NCBI GenBank assembly: GCA_047495785.1
Contig: JBLDXI010000015.1
Span: 3,968,001 to 4,032,000, forward strand
DNA from: Lepidodermella squamata
Taxonomy: Eukaryota; Animalia; Gastrotricha
DNA: 64,000 bases
Direction of reading: 5' to 3'
Every line of letters begins with the position of its first letter. The first letter of the stretch is position 1. Positions 46,531 to 59,546 of this stretch are shown here, piece by piece. A program made the translations under genes and the position numbers. The notes beneath the pieces were generated by a model that ran no database searches, was not told the DNA's origin, and worked only from the letters and a program-made list of their open reading frames with translations.

Positions 46531-46799
46531 AGAGATGCGACTCTCTATATAATGGCACATCGTTCACCTTGTGTTCCCCCGTGGATAATGTGTGTGAATT
46601 TCGGCAACAATACCATTCTTCTGCCGCAGTTGGTCCATCCAGAAATGAAAAATATGAATTGCTAGATAGATGGTGCATCTAGCATTTATGAGCAAAAAAT
46701 CAAAAACCTAGATTGGGGAATTTGTGATTTTTCCGATTTTTCAAATTAACTATAATTATACTGGGCGGATATGGCATTGGGTGTTCACCAAAGTGGTCG

Positions 46800-47350
46800 C
46801 TTGCCGCGATTTATCCGAACTACAGAAAGATCGTTAGTTTCCTTGTAGGACAGAAAGCTACGCGAAATAATTGATACCGAATAGCTGTAGTCCGCTGAAT
46901 CCAAGAAGCACACAATGGAGAAATTCGAATTTCTTGAACGACAGGTGGGGTTGACCATTATTTGAGGCCTGACCTTTATTATTTCGAATGACCTTTGGAC
47001 CCCGTCAATGCTCTGATTCTTTCAATCGGCTCAGTGAAAGGCGATCTGTAATGTTCTAAATTGCTGGGGATAGAATAAGTATGGTCCACACTCGCATTCG
47101 TTGCGACCTGGCTTTTTTTAAAAGCCGACGGGATCAGTTGATTCTGAACGGGCTTTCAGCTATAGTTGCTGCTTTGATTTGCACGAGCCAGTAAGCGATG
47201 CTCAACCCTAAAATTATCACCGACCTGATCATAACGAGGAACGTTGTACTCTTATCGAAATTCCAACTGATTCGTATTCACTCCGTTTATCCTAAGGGCT
47301 GACTGCTGCAGTGGTTCCAAGTTTCTATGCAAGTGGATGCTGAGTGAGAG
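46800..47350 (+). mobile_element. Degenerate hAT transposase relic, copy 1, followed by an A-type Cys-loop C-terminal remnant at about 47395-47435
   Basis: Frameshifted WSTLAFVATWLF...PTGSVDSERAFS (hAT dimerisation motif). The minus strand of 47395-47435 reads VLNKAALIFFVFY*. Confidence 0.65.
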
Positions 47351-49089
47351 AAGATGAGACATTTTATTTTTTTAATTCATAAAACAATAATTTTCAGTAA
47401 AAAACGAAGAATATTAAGGCCGCTTTGTTCAAAACAAAAATTAAAATTAAAATTAATTCGAAAAATTAAAATATGCAGCAAAATTTAAGAGTCTCATCTT
47501 TACTCTGAAACCAGATCTATTTGAAGATAGAGGGATAGAAATTTCGAACTACTGGAGAAATAATAGGCGAGCCTCACGGGTCAAGGTTTTCGAAAACGGG
47601 GCAAAGTGATGAGCCGAGCTTAACGAGAAAGTAGTGTGCTATAAAATGCTTCCTTACTGAGCGAAGCGAGAGAGAAGTTTTATTTGTTTAATATTTTCTG
47701 CCTTTCCAACTATAAATGTCCGGTTATTTCCATCGAGCAAGCGAGAGAAGTGCGTACTTCATAGCTTAGCTCAAAAACACGAGAAGAGCCTTACAGCGTG
47801 TCAATTTTTTATCTGAATAGCAAGGTGTATGAATATTTGAAAATCATCAAAAACTTAAAGGTCGATGAAGTACGGACAATATTTGTTGCCTCGCAATATT
47901 TTATGTACAACCTAACCATGAGGAATTTTTGGGAGCGGTTTCCAACATTCGATAGATCCAGTGTAAACTTTCCTGAAATTCTCATTAGAATCAGATTCGA
48001 GCGAAAAAATTGGCGGTGAAATGCTTCTTGCGATTTGTCAACAGAATTCATCTGCCTACCTAAAATTGGTGGCTTCACCAAGTTGGCACTGATTTTCTAA
48101 AAAAATTCAAAAAGCTATTTCGGATCGCATAGGCGGATAATGAATTTGTTGTGTGTGTTCCAGATTGAAATTCTCGGTTGACGGTTGACGGTTAAAGCCT
48201 TTCCACAAGGATGATGCCATCCACCCTTAAAACCTGAAATAAGCTATTTTTCAAAAATGGTAACCTTTTGCTAAAATCGCAAGAAACATTTTCACCACTA
48301 ATTTTTTTATCTCTGAAAGAAATCATATTTGATAGCATTTCTAGGGGTTTTCGAAGGCCCCGATCACGATGTTGAAACCCGCCTGTCTACAGTGAAAATC
48401 AAAAGTTATGCACGGTCAGGATTTTGTTGAGTTAAAACTAAAAACATCTCGCACGCGCCCGAACTATTTTTAGCTCCAAGCTTGGGTCAGCTAAAAATAA
48501 AAAGTGTAACTCGGACAGACCAAGAAGTTTTAATAGTTGTAAAAATATGAATATTCATAAAGTGCTAATTAATATTCCGAAGGCCTCAAAGTTGATAATT
48601 ATGTCAGAAAAATTCCGAAAAAATTGTTTTTGATCTGTCGACACCTTATTCCAAATTTTGTTGCATTTTTTGGCACTTGATTGAGAATGTCCCAGTTTCA
48701 TGACACCTCATGAATATATTCATATTCTTGAAACTATCCATGGAGCTATTTTTGGAGCTCGTGAGAAAGGCGTCATTTTGTTCCGTTTTGCAGGCGATAA
48801 ACAGTCTTATTTCGCACGTGCGAAACATTTCAACTATCGCCTCAATTCCACCGTGCGGATCTTTTGATTGCCACTGTATATCTATCACCGTTAAGACTGC
48901 GAAAAGTGGTCGAAATCGCCCTATCGGTCCAGCTGATTTCAGGCGATTTTTTGAGCACCCTAATTTCTACATCTCATGTTTTCATGGAGGATTTTCAGAT
49001 TCTAAATTACTCCCATGAAGGTCCCTAACATCACCCTTCACTGATAACACTAACAACAGTCAGCCTGAAATAGTCATCAACAATTCATT

Positions 49090-50030
49090 CAGTTGTATTT
49101 TGCCGGATTTCAGAAATATCGTTAGCTTCTTTGTTGGACGGAAAGCTGTGCAAAACATTTGGTTGAAACAGATTTAAGAATAATTGGCCGGATGAGTGAC
49201 CAGAACTACATAGGGTCACCCTGGAGCTGCAAGTGAAAACCGCTCTGACTTCCATACTCCTCCTTAGCAGCTACATCTTACGAAGCACCTGACCAAGAAG
49301 CTTTTCGAAGAGTTACTAACGCGATTATTTCACTCGATTATCTGTGAACATTCTATGATAGCCTGGGTTGACTTCGCTCCAAGCTTTCGGTCGACGACCT
49401 GTTCCGGGCTGTGACCTTTCTGGATCCTATACCCGAATAGTCATCTGGGGTGCCGATCAGCTGTAATCCGCCAAATCCGCAGACATGATAGCAGTAGATG
49501 TCTATGGCGAAATCTATGAAGCGCACGCATTGGAAAAATGCGATATTCGTAAACGACGGTTACCGACTGGTTACCGACTGGCGGTCTATTCAGAACTTCA
49601 GGCGGAAAAATGCCCAATGGCGGAACCAAGTTTCGAAGATGGCCCACACTCGCATACGTTGCGATCTGGCTCTTTCAAACGCCGGCTGGATCGTCAGACC
49701 GCCGTAACAGCTAATACCCGAAACAGCGAACGCGACAAAACAGCGAAAAATCTAATTTGCGACATAACAGCGATTTTAATATCGCACATTACATAGCATT
49801 TTGGGGAGGATTTTTCGCTGCTCTGTCACTTTCGCTGTTATGGCGGATTCGCTGTTCAAGCCGAAAAACCTTAACAACTTTGATAATAACAAGAAACGGT
49901 GTAATTATTGTCGAGGTGATATTTTACGTTCACTTATTCAATAGATTTCACTTTGTTAATCCATATGGGGCCGACTACAGTGTTTCCAATTTTCAATGCG
50001 AGTGGATGCTAGAAAAAGTGCTGACTGACA
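49090..50030 (+). mobile_element. Degenerate hAT transposase relic, copy 2
   Basis: AVTFLDP and WPTLAYVAIWLFQTPAGS. Homologous to 46800-47350 and likewise tail-to-tail with an A-type gene. Confidence 0.6.
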
Positions 50031-50076
50031 AGATGAGACATTTTATTTTTTTATTCAAAATAACACAAATTATTTT

Positions 50077-51464
50077 TTAATAAATAACAAAGATTATTAA
50101 GGCCGCTTTGTTCAGAACGTAAATTAAAATTGAGAGAAGTAAACCGAACGTAAGGTCGAGAAGTCGCGGGAGAGAAACTTTAGTTTTACGGCAAACTCGG
50201 AATTGCTTCGAAGCTAAATTAGGAAATTGGCAGATAAAGAGGACAACAAGGGTATGAACCGTCATCAGGGTGCCTAGAATCAGATTGCAAGATGTGTAAA
50301 GCGAGAATAAGCTGATTGTTGAAGTCTTAGGTAGTTCGGTCGATAGCTGGCTTTGAATGCTGAAAGCAAATGCTAGAACAACAGTGACCGAAAACATCGG
50401 CCGATCTGGGCTTTGCGGTTCGATAAAAAGCGCAAGAATCTGCAGAGTTCCCAAACTGACACTGGGTATTATGAAAGTTCCAATGTAAAAGACGTTGCTA
50501 CGACGAAGTCCAAGCATTATTTTCGCATGAGTAAAGCCATATTTTGCACTGTTTGAATAGTATTTGATGTAAGTACTTGAATTGATGCTGGTTAGGCTCC
50601 AGATCTGGCCTAGATCAATGAACTCGTCCTGGTCAACCACCTCCGCAGTAAAGGAGGAATATTGCATGTAACGCGAGTCTTCCCAAGCTTCAAACCCAAT
50701 GAAGCAGTCCTAATAGAAAGCATTCAATTATAGTCTCAAGTGATTATATTCTTTCTGCGATGGTTCTCACCTGTTCGTCGGAAGGAAATTTGAATAAATC
50801 TAAAAAAATTGTCTCAGATATAATTTATGAATTTTGTTTAATTGAACTTACTGAGGGCACAGCTAGATTCAAGAGTGGTCATTGCTGTCCATTGGATCCG
50901 TCCATCTGGATAAATATAAATTGTGCATATATCGCCACTCCTGGAGAACAAAAAACTCGAAAAACTGTGAAAGAATTCGGGCTTATCATACCTTTGTAGG
51001 TCTAGGGTATCTACTACCGCATTCATGTGCTATAAAAAATGATCATCTTCCTTATATTGGGAGGTTCATGTCAAGTCATAGTAGCTTCCTACCGTAATAA
51101 TAGGAATCCAAACGTAAGTAGGGGGTACTTCGATTCGGATAACATCACTCCACTGACTTGTTTCGCTGTCGTTGCCCCACCTAACGCAAGGGTGGTACCA
51201 GGTCGCTTCAACGTCGAGTAATACTGAGAAAGATTCCTTTTGCGTGTCGAGGCCGAAAAAGCGGTACAAATGCACGGCAAGGTTGATGTTGACGGGATCA
51301 TTCGCCTTTCGTACCGGCCTGAATGCAGTTTTATCCAGCAAACATTTATTGGCGAAATACTGATACATTTCATATTCTTGAATACTGAAATCAGCCGAGG
51401 TCGTATTTTGACCCCGAATTTGCGCGAATGCCAGAAAAATGACACACAATCGTAGAACTATCAT
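50077..51464 (-). CDS. Cys-loop channel subunit, subfamily A copy 2 (5 exons)
   Basis: Close paralog of 38639-40043 with the same exon structure. Cys-loop CALNLFKFPSDEQDC, M2 PDRPMFSVTVVLAF. Confidence 0.88.
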
Positions 51465-51646
51465 CTTTACTTTTCAAGCTGGATTTGGTTAAAATGTAGA
51501 GCGAAAAATCGCGAAATGTGGAGCAATGATGAAAATTCCTAGGCTCCACGTCTGGCAACTCGGATATTACCCCGTAAAAAATAAATAAACCTCCACACCT
51601 TCGCTTTCCAACATTATATTTACTTGATCCAATATTGCACATTTTT

Positions 51647-53045
51647 TCAACAAGGTATAAGCACACTGAACGCAATCGCGTTGATGGTTATGAAAAAAGT
51701 CGCGAAAATTGCGCCGAAAATTGCATCGAGAAATCGGATGAACGGCAGTTGGAAACCGAAAATTTTGAACATGTGCCCATCGTTACTCGACTTGTACTTT
51801 TGCTGGCTAGCCATTACTAGGGTGATCAAAGTATATATGGTTACTACAGCTCCGAGAATTAAGCTAAAATTCGAATAGAGCGAGAAAAGGATTGTTGAAG
51901 AGGTTCTAGGCAGTTCCGACGATAATTGACTTTGAATAGAAAAAGCAAACGCTAACACAATCGTCGCCGAAAAAACCGGCCGATCTGGGTGTTTTGGTTC
52001 GAAGCAGAGTGAGCTAACTTGAAGGACGCCTAGGCAGAGACATGGAATTAGAAACATTCCGATGTAGAAGCTACTTTGACGGCGTAAAACCAGGCGAACT
52101 TCGGCATGGCTGTATCTTATAGAGTCGCCCTCGTATTGCTTGTGGCGAATACTTGCATTCGCCCCGCTAAACATCCACATTTGACCTTCGTCCATAAAGT
52201 AATCTGGATCCCCGACTTCACAGGAGATATTTTCAAAGTTTATCAATCTTTCATCCTCCCAAGGTTCAAATTGAATGAAGCAAGTCTTAATTAAAAGAAA
52301 TGAAATAACACTGAAAAAATTTGAAAGTAGCTTACTTCAACCTCGGCAGGAAATTTTAGTAAATCTAAAAAAATCATAAAAATTAGAAATTAGATGATAA
52401 TTTGAAGTGAGCTTTCAATACTCAAAGTGCAAGTTGATTCGAAAACTGTCATTGGCACCCACGTCATAACTCCATCAGGGTAAATATAGACAGCACAGCC
52501 ATCTCCACATCTAACAATAAAATTTAAAATTTAGTAAATTCTTCAAAAAACCGAATGAATATTACTTGTAGAGAATCATGATGTCATTTGCGGCGTTCAT
52601 GTGCTGAAAAATTAGTAAACATTTCCGATACCATGCACCAGTTTCGGACATCGTAACTCACGGTAATAGTTGGAACCCAAACAGCACTCGGTGGAATGGC
52701 CAATCTGATGACATTAGCCCACTGAGCTGTTTCGTTATCCTGGCCCCATCGGATGCAAGGATGCCGCCAAGTTATCCCAACTTCGGCTAGCACTGAAAAT
52801 GTTTCCTTCTGCGTGTCCAAACCCAAAAATTTGTACATGCGGACTGCAAAACTGAGGTCTACTACGATGCTGGCGTTTGCAACGGGACGGAAAAATCTCT
52901 CATTCAACATGCAACGATCTGTTAGATATTGCCATAATTTAGCTTCTTGAAGCTCGAACAAGTCGGCAGTGTTCGAATCAGCCAAAACATTACCCGGAGC
53001 GTGAATTCCGAAAATTACTAAAAATAACCTGAAATTGGACGTCAT
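51647..53045 (-). CDS. Cys-loop channel subunit, subfamily B (5 exons)
   Basis: Same intron positions as A. Spliced Cys-loop CTLNLLKFPAEVETC, loop B FEPWED, M2 PDRPVFSATIVLAF. Confidence 0.88.
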
Positions 53046-53122
53046 TTTTTGGACAATGCCAGGTCAATTTTTATTATTCTCAACAATAAAATGTACATCA
53101 TATTACAGCGGAAAGGCGTATT

Positions 53123-54313
53123 TTAATTCCCTTCCGAAAGCATGTGCGTGATCAATCCGAGGCTGGTTAGACTACAAATTAAAAACGAGACGATAAGTAC
53201 ACATAGATCGAGGTACTGCATCCTTCTCAAGCCCTTTGATTCATCGTCCAATTTTTGCGTTATCATGTGCAGAATTTTAGGCGACGCGGCGCAGTAGGCG
53301 GTTATGATTGTTCCGATGACGAAGAGTGTGCTAATCAATAAAACTAAGTCAATAAGCTTAGAGCTCGGCGGAATTTTCGAATCGACCAGCCCTTGTAGGA
53401 CCATAAATGCCAGTAAAACGGTGACAGCGAAACTGGCCCGATCGTTAGAATCGGGCGGAATGAGGAGAGCGGCTAGCTGGCTGATGGTGCATAGCGCACA
53501 TGGGATGAAGATCGAGAAGATGAAAGGTGTTGGTTTCCGCCGGAGTGTGACGTGAAAATTGAACATAGGATTGTCGTAATCGCGCCAGTCAAAGTTTGGG
53601 TCATTCAAATCACAATTTTCCTCAATCTCTGAGGTGAAATTCACGAATTGCCAAATTGAATTCCCGCTAAGAAATGAATTTGCATATTCCAGGGAAACAG
53701 TTACCGAGTCGAGATAGGCCAGAGGGCAGTACTCATACAAACTGAACGTAATTTTGCAACTTTGCGTGTCGAACGGAAATTTTGTAAAGTCGAGATTGCA
53801 CAGGGTGTACATACTTGGCATCATAGGGTACCAGCAAACGGTGCCATTTTGCGTCACCTGGGCGTTGTTGGCGCCGTCAAACTCCGACACCGACGACTTC
53901 ATAGCCACATTAATGTCGTCACGGTTGTTAAGGTGGACGATAAATGGCTTGTAGACAATGCCTTGGAGCAGCTCCAGAAAAGGGATGTGCTTGAATTGTG
54001 GCAGATGGTCCCACCTTAACGAGTCATCCTGGTAGTAAACTTCGAGATAGTGGTTTATCGCTAGTGTTGTAGTAACGTCATCCATTTTCAGAATAACCAA
54101 CGGGCGAAGAATGATGCTGAAGTGTATCGTGTCATTGCTCGATCGAATAGGTTTGTCTAACGCTGTTATTCCGGCATCCGCTCGGCGCTGCAACAGGTAA
54201 TTCCTAAGTTTCGCTATGTCATTCGGCTCGAACTCGGCGTGCTGCCCAAACGAAAAGTGACGTAGGCTTTGAGAAGCGACGATTGAGAAAATTAAAAAAT
54301 CAATTGCGAACAT
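53123..54313 (-). CDS. Intronless Cys-loop channel subunit C copy 1 (396 aa from Met 54313)
   Basis: CNLDFTKFPFDTQSC, LRRK and M1-M4. Start chosen by comparison with paralog 60415-61605. Confidence 0.92.
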   Translation of the reverse strand: MFAIDFLIFSIVASQSLRHFSFGQHAEFEPNDIAKLRNYLLQRRADAGITALDKPIRSSNDTIHFSIILRPLVILKMDDVTTTLAINHYLEVYYQDDSLRWDHLPQFKHIPFLELLQGIVYKPFIVHLNNRDDINVAMKSSVSEFDGANNAQVTQNGTVCWYPMMPSMYTLCNLDFTKFPFDTQSCKITFSLYEYCPLAYLDSVTVSLEYANSFLSGNSIWQFVNFTSEIEENCDLNDPNFDWRDYDNPMFNFHVTLRRKPTPFIFSIFIPCALCTISQLAALLIPPDSNDRASFAVTVLLAFMVLQGLVDSKIPPSSKLIDLVLLISTLFVIGTIITAYCAASPKILHMITQKLDDESKGLRRMQYLDLCVLIVSFLICSLTSLGLITHMLSEGN

Positions 54314-54645
54314 CGTAATATTATGAAATTTATTGCTCATGAAAAGTGATTTTTTGTATTGCGCGTCAGCTAGCTCATTGTATATTGTTTCAAACATTTG
54401 CTCACCGGGAAAACTAATAAAAAATTGGAAATTTCGATTTTAATTAAATCTTTTATTGAGATAATTGGAAAAAATCTTGCTTTTCTAGCTTCAGTTCTCT
54501 AAGAAAATGCACCTTGGTAGGTTCTGTTACCTACAAGGGTTCGGCGAAATTTAAGTTGAAAGCTATAAAAGTCAGAAATGAGACGTCACAGCACGTTACA
54601 GCAATATTCTGTTGAAGAGAGAAAAAGCATTTCGCATACATTAAT

Positions 54646-55803
54646 TTAGCTGATCATATGAGAAACAATTGAAAGAGCGCATATAATACTGAAAGCTAAA
54701 AAGATCAAAAGCAAGGTCAAATCGAGGAAAAACATGAATCTTCGACCTTTTTGGTCACTTTTTTGCTTCCGGATTAGCCAATCGACAAGGCGAGGTGATG
54801 CGGCGCTGTATAGAGTTATCAGGGTCCCAATGATGAATTGAATAACTATTAATAGCATGATATCTGTGACCTTTGAACTTGCTGGAATTTTCTGGTCAAC
54901 TGCGCCTTGCAGGACCATGAACGCCAACAGAACTTGGACTGAATAGTTAGCTCTTTCGTTACAATCCGGTGGAATCAAGAGAGCGATTAATTGACAAATT
55001 GCGACAAAAACACACGGCAACAGCATTGAGAATATTGCAGATGTCGGAACTCTGCAGATAGTGATGTAAAATCTCACTTTCGGGAAGGTGTATGAATCCC
55101 AGCTTTCGTTTCCAACGCAGTTTCGCTCAATTACAGCCCCGCTGTCGTACATTTTCCAGGCCGCGTTAGAGCCGAGAAATTTAGCGTGTAAATCGAGGCC
55201 GACTTCGCTAAGACGGCTAAGGGGACAAAATTCGTAAATTCCGAAGGTTATATCACACCGCTGCTTGTCGAACGGAAATTTCGTGAAATCGAACTCGCAA
55301 AGCGCATTCAAGCTTTTCATTGGCGGATACCATGTAACTTCGCCGTCTGATGTTACTAGCACGTTTACAGTTCCGTCGAATTCAGACAGACCTGACTTCA
55401 TCGTAGCATGGATGTCGTCCACATTATTAAGTTGGACGATGAACGGCTTGTAGACATCATTTTGCGTAAAATCGAGAGTGTGAATGTGTTCAAATTCAGG
55501 TAAGTAGTCCCATCTTAGCGTTTCGTCCATATATACAATTTCTAGGTAATGGTTGATTGAGAGTGTCTGCGCAACATCGTCAATTCCCAGTAAGATTAGT
55601 GGCTTCATGTTCATCTCAAATACAATGGTTTCATTCCACCTTCGAATAGGCTTATCCATCGCGGTGATTCCTGATTTCTCGCGTCGTGTTTTCAAGAAAG
55701 AAACCAATCGCCCGATATCGTTGCGTTCAAGTCCCTGATCCATTGCTGCGATTAGTGACAGAGGACTCATGATTAGAATGAATGACGGAAAAATAAGATA
55801 CAT
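54646..55803 (-). CDS. Intronless Cys-loop channel subunit D copy 1 (ORF extends in frame to ATG 55920)
   Basis: CEFDFTKFPFDKQRC and four TM segments. The signal peptide starts at Met 55803, as in paralog 61934-63091. Confidence 0.92.
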   Translation of the reverse strand: MYLIFPSFILIMSPLSLIAAMDQGLERNDIGRLVSFLKTRREKSGITAMDKPIRRWNETIVFEMNMKPLILLGIDDVAQTLSINHYLEIVYMDETLRWDYLPEFEHIHTLDFTQNDVYKPFIVQLNNVDDIHATMKSGLSEFDGTVNVLVTSDGEVTWYPPMKSLNALCEFDFTKFPFDKQRCDITFGIYEFCPLSRLSEVGLDLHAKFLGSNAAWKMYDSGAVIERNCVGNESWDSYTFPKVRFYITICRVPTSAIFSMLLPCVFVAICQLIALLIPPDCNERANYSVQVLLAFMVLQGAVDQKIPASSKVTDIMLLIVIQFIIGTLITLYSAASPRLVDWLIRKQKSDQKGRRFMFFLDLTLLLIFLAFSIICALSIVSHMIS

Positions 55804-55951
55804 TTCGATAAAGTCGAGATCAAAAAGACTGTTGAAGAGGCCAGCTTGCAATATTTCATCGAGTGGGTTTGTTCCTGACAAGTGAGTGACGAATGAGTGC
55901 TTCAGGTGTTGTTTTCTCATCGATTAAAAATTCCCTTTATTATTGATTTCA

Positions 55952-56707
55952 GCACATTTTCCGGCCCGCCGGTGTTTCCTCCGCGCGCGCGCTCCTATTG
56001 GTTGGGGCTTATTGCGCAACATTTCAAGATAATTATAGCCTACCCCCGCTCGCGCGCACTCGAACGCGCCCTGAGCGCCCGTCCGCCAAGTCTAAGACAG
56101 TTTGCTAAGTCGAAGACAAGCATGCTGCATGCCAACAAAAATATAAGCCCACCCTTGAAAAGGATGTTTGGTATTGTTAATACGACAGCAAAATTGACTG
56201 CATCGTGGCGGCCTACACGACTTTGTTTGATGACTTATCTGTTCGTATCCAACAACACCAGCCATAAGAATTCAAAAAGTTGATTTCAGAGAAAGGATGC
56301 GATGGATTTTTTCGAAGAACACGCTTTTTTTTTATGAAAATTTTTAAAATGATAAAAAAATAAACAAGAAATAGCCATTTTAGGCGCGCTATTTTAGGCT
56401 ATTTTAGGGTGATGTTGAACACTTCAGGGAAAAATTCTGTTCTAAGTTGAAATCAACTTGAAATACCAATGAAAAAGCGAAAATACGAAAATTTCGCCTT
56501 TTATTCCACCCAACACGCATATCCAGCCACTAGCGCGCCGTTATTCTCCTGAATTTCGGACTTGTACATTTTCCTGCGCGCGCGCGCGAGGGAGGGCTGC
56601 AATTATGTGTTGCGCAATAAATGCGAGCGAGGCGCATTTACGCGTAAAACGAGCCAACCAATAGGAGCGCGCGCGCGGAGGAAACACCGGCGGGCCGGAA
56701 AATGTGC
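55952..56707. mobile_element. MULE-type non-autonomous element (756 bp)
   Basis: About 54-bp TIRs GCACATTTTCCGGCCCGCCGGTGTTTCCTCCGCGCGCG... and a 9-bp TSD TTGATTTCA (55943-55951 and 56708-56716). An empty site is visible upstream of paralog D2 (about 63245). Confidence 0.9.
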
Positions 56708-56814
56708 TTGATTTCAGGGGTTTCATTACACTGCTCATAACCTAGCGCTATTTTTTCTAAATAGATTCTAATCGAATTATCGTGTACCAAAATGGTTGGA
56801 TAGAACTGAGAATG

Positions 56815-57210
56815 GAGACACACTGTCGATCGGTGGATGAAGGCAAATCGACTAGCCCTCGCTGCCAAAAGCCAAGTTGTGTCGATCGCTTATAATGCCA
56901 CTTCCGAGCCCATCGATGTTTCGCTTAACGGGCAGAAAATCGAGCCGGTGGACCAAGTCAAATACCTCGGTTTCAACGTCGATTCCCGCCTGTGTTGGTC
57001 ACCACAAATCGATCTCATCGCGAAACGTGTCTTATGGAGAATCAGCCAGTTCTACTATCTACGACGCTTTCTGTCAAAGAAGCAAATGCGAAACGTATAT
57101 ACAGCGCTGTGATCCAGCCCTACTTCGACCGCGGCAACAAGGTCTGGAGTACTACCACTAAGGGCAACCTCGACCGTCTTCAACGTCTTCAAAACCGTCA
57201 TATGCGGCAT
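56815..57210 (+). mobile_element. LINE (CR1/L2-like) RT C-terminal fragment, frameshifted
   Basis: WMKANRLAL...VKYLGFNVDSRLCW...IQPYFD...LQRLQNR. Confidence 0.8.
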
Positions 57211-57699
57211 TCGCCTGCGCGACAGAAAAGGAAGCGAGGAACTGCGGAACAGCCTGAAGCTCGACGATCTAGCTACTCGACTGAGAAGTTTTGTCGATTT
57301 TCTGGGAATTTTTGAAAATCGAATTCTGGACTTGGGTGAGGATTCAATTCAGACCCTTTGTTGACAGCACGTGCGGCGCATGCACATGTTGTGGTTGGAA
57401 AGAGTCCAAACCTCAATCTCGAACGGCCAGTAATGCAAATTATGTTCTCGGTTCCTTCAAAAATTCCCAGAAAATCGACAAAAATAAGAAGTTGTAACTG
57501 GTGCTTATCAAATAATAAGGTTTCAAGGTACTTTCGCACAGGAACTTCCGCATAATGGAACCTAGAGCACGGATTTTTCCGCACAGGTCAAGTTCTGCAC
57601 AAGTTTATTCCCGCACATTTTTATTGCAATCGCTATTACTTTGAAATGTATGAGCGATTAATTACTAATAAGTCCAATATTATGCAAAATATGGTTAAT

Positions 57700-59546
57700 T
57701 AGCAGCAAAGGCGGCTTCGACTTCTTCGATCGCCTCAACCCAGCCATCATCGGCCAGTGCAGCCTGCGCCCGAGCAGCGGCGATGTCCCAATCTTCTTCC
57801 GAGTCGGGTAGGACCTCCTTGATGTCGGCCATGCTGTAACTCGCAGAATCGAGAAAGGCCATGAAGCCTAATTCGCCCGAATCTAGTTGATCGAATAGGC
57901 TGTTGAGGCGGTCGTGAACATGAATGTAAGCTAGTCGGCGACGGACTTTCGGCGGTTTGCTCGGGTGATTTGCTCTTCACGAATGAGGAGCTCTGATAGG
58001 CGCCAAATGCCGAGGTGAATGCCATTAGCCAGCTTTCGAGAGCGGTAGTTCCAACCTAAGGAAGTTTCAAATAATTAGGCGAAAATGTATGCATAAAAAT
58101 CTTCTACCTTCCACGAAGTTATTCGTTCGAATATCTTCACGATAGACGTTTCAGACAACGACGCCCATTTTCTCAATCCAAAATTCTTCAAAATATCGAA
58201 GAACAGCTTCAGGTTCGGGTCAGCATTTGCAGGAACCATCAACTTCATTTGCTCAAAAGCGGGAACAACCAAGTTCTGGGGAAGCAAGGCGAGACACATT
58301 GTACGCCGAGCAACTCGACAAACTTAAGAGCCGTTTACCCCATACTCTGTCTTCAAGCCGTGGTTGTTCACCCGTCGAAGCAAGCACTGCTTGAAGTGAA
58401 ATAAACAGCCTTTTATCGCGACGTCATCGAATTTGGCTCTGATAGCTGCGAGAAGGCCGGTTTCAAAATCGCAGTTGATCTAAGCAACTCTCAGGGGCAT
58501 GTTAACCAGATCGCGAATCTCCTTCTTCAGAAAATCGAAAACTGCGCAGTATAAGTCAAGCGACTTGTGTGACATTAAAACGTAGACCGCCGGAAAAATC
58601 CCCGAACTCGATATCACGTGTATCGTAAATAATTGATAAAACCCGAGTTTATTAGGATCCACCTTAAAAGTGCCGTCTAGGAACCACCGATCTGACTCCG
58701 CTAGTCGGAACAGATCAGAATCGGTTGCGAAAACAAGAAAAAACCCAAATGAAAGCATCATCATCGATCGCAGAAAACGTTTCCCAATGGTCGAAACGAC
58801 GTATTTTCTTACTGGGTCCTCTTTGTCATCGATATCAACCGCCGCAATCTGGTCAAAATACTCCCCAACTGTCTTCAGGTTCCCCGGTTCAAACTCGCGT
58901 CGAATGGCGTAGAGGCTTTTCGACATCGAGGCAAAGTCATTCAGCAAATTAGCCGCTTCTCTAGCTAAATCTGCATTTTTCAGCGTGCAAAGATCGTTCA
59001 TGCGAGCCTTCTCCTCTTCGTAGACTGTCGGTTCGTAGAGGCCATTTCGGAATAAACCTTCGCGAAATTAGGAACCTGCTTGTGCTGGCCTGTGATCTTC
59101 TCGATGTTGTCGTCAGCAGTCAGAGTCAGGAGAGCACTGCAACGGTAACCCGAGCGGTACTTTTGGTAGCAATGACCATCGCTAACGGCAACGCAGTCCG
59201 TTTTCTTCGTGTTCAGGTAATGACAAAGAACCCTTTCTCCTTCGGGTTCCGGCGGCGGGATGGGTGCCTGCAGCGAAATTATCAATTTCACCTGTGCAAA
59301 AAACTGCATCATCCTCATCATAAGCGCGTGCTGTTAAGGCTGTTGTTCTTGCAGTTGCACCTGTGGTTGAACTTGAGGCAGCCATTGTTGGGCTTGCGGC
59401 TGAGGTTGTACCTGCGGCTCCGACGGCGGCGGTTGGGGCAGAAAAGGATTAGGCTCTTCTATCGGTTGTGGTGGCCATGGTGGAGGCGATGCTAGACGTT
59501 CGTCGTCACCCTCGGCCATCGGCGGCTGATTTTCGAGCTGAGTCAA
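57700..59546 (-). mobile_element. Mutator (MULE) transposase pseudogene
   Basis: FLDGTFK, FYQLFTIH, PAVYVLM..KS..LY, then DFETGLLAAI, GCYFHF and TNNFVEG across stops and frameshifts. FLYWCH-like N-terminal remnant. Confidence 0.88.

Noticed and set aside
47560-49020. Short ORFs and GAGCGAAGCGAG motifs suggesting another transposon
   Set aside because: I could not establish termini, a TSD or a transposase motif.
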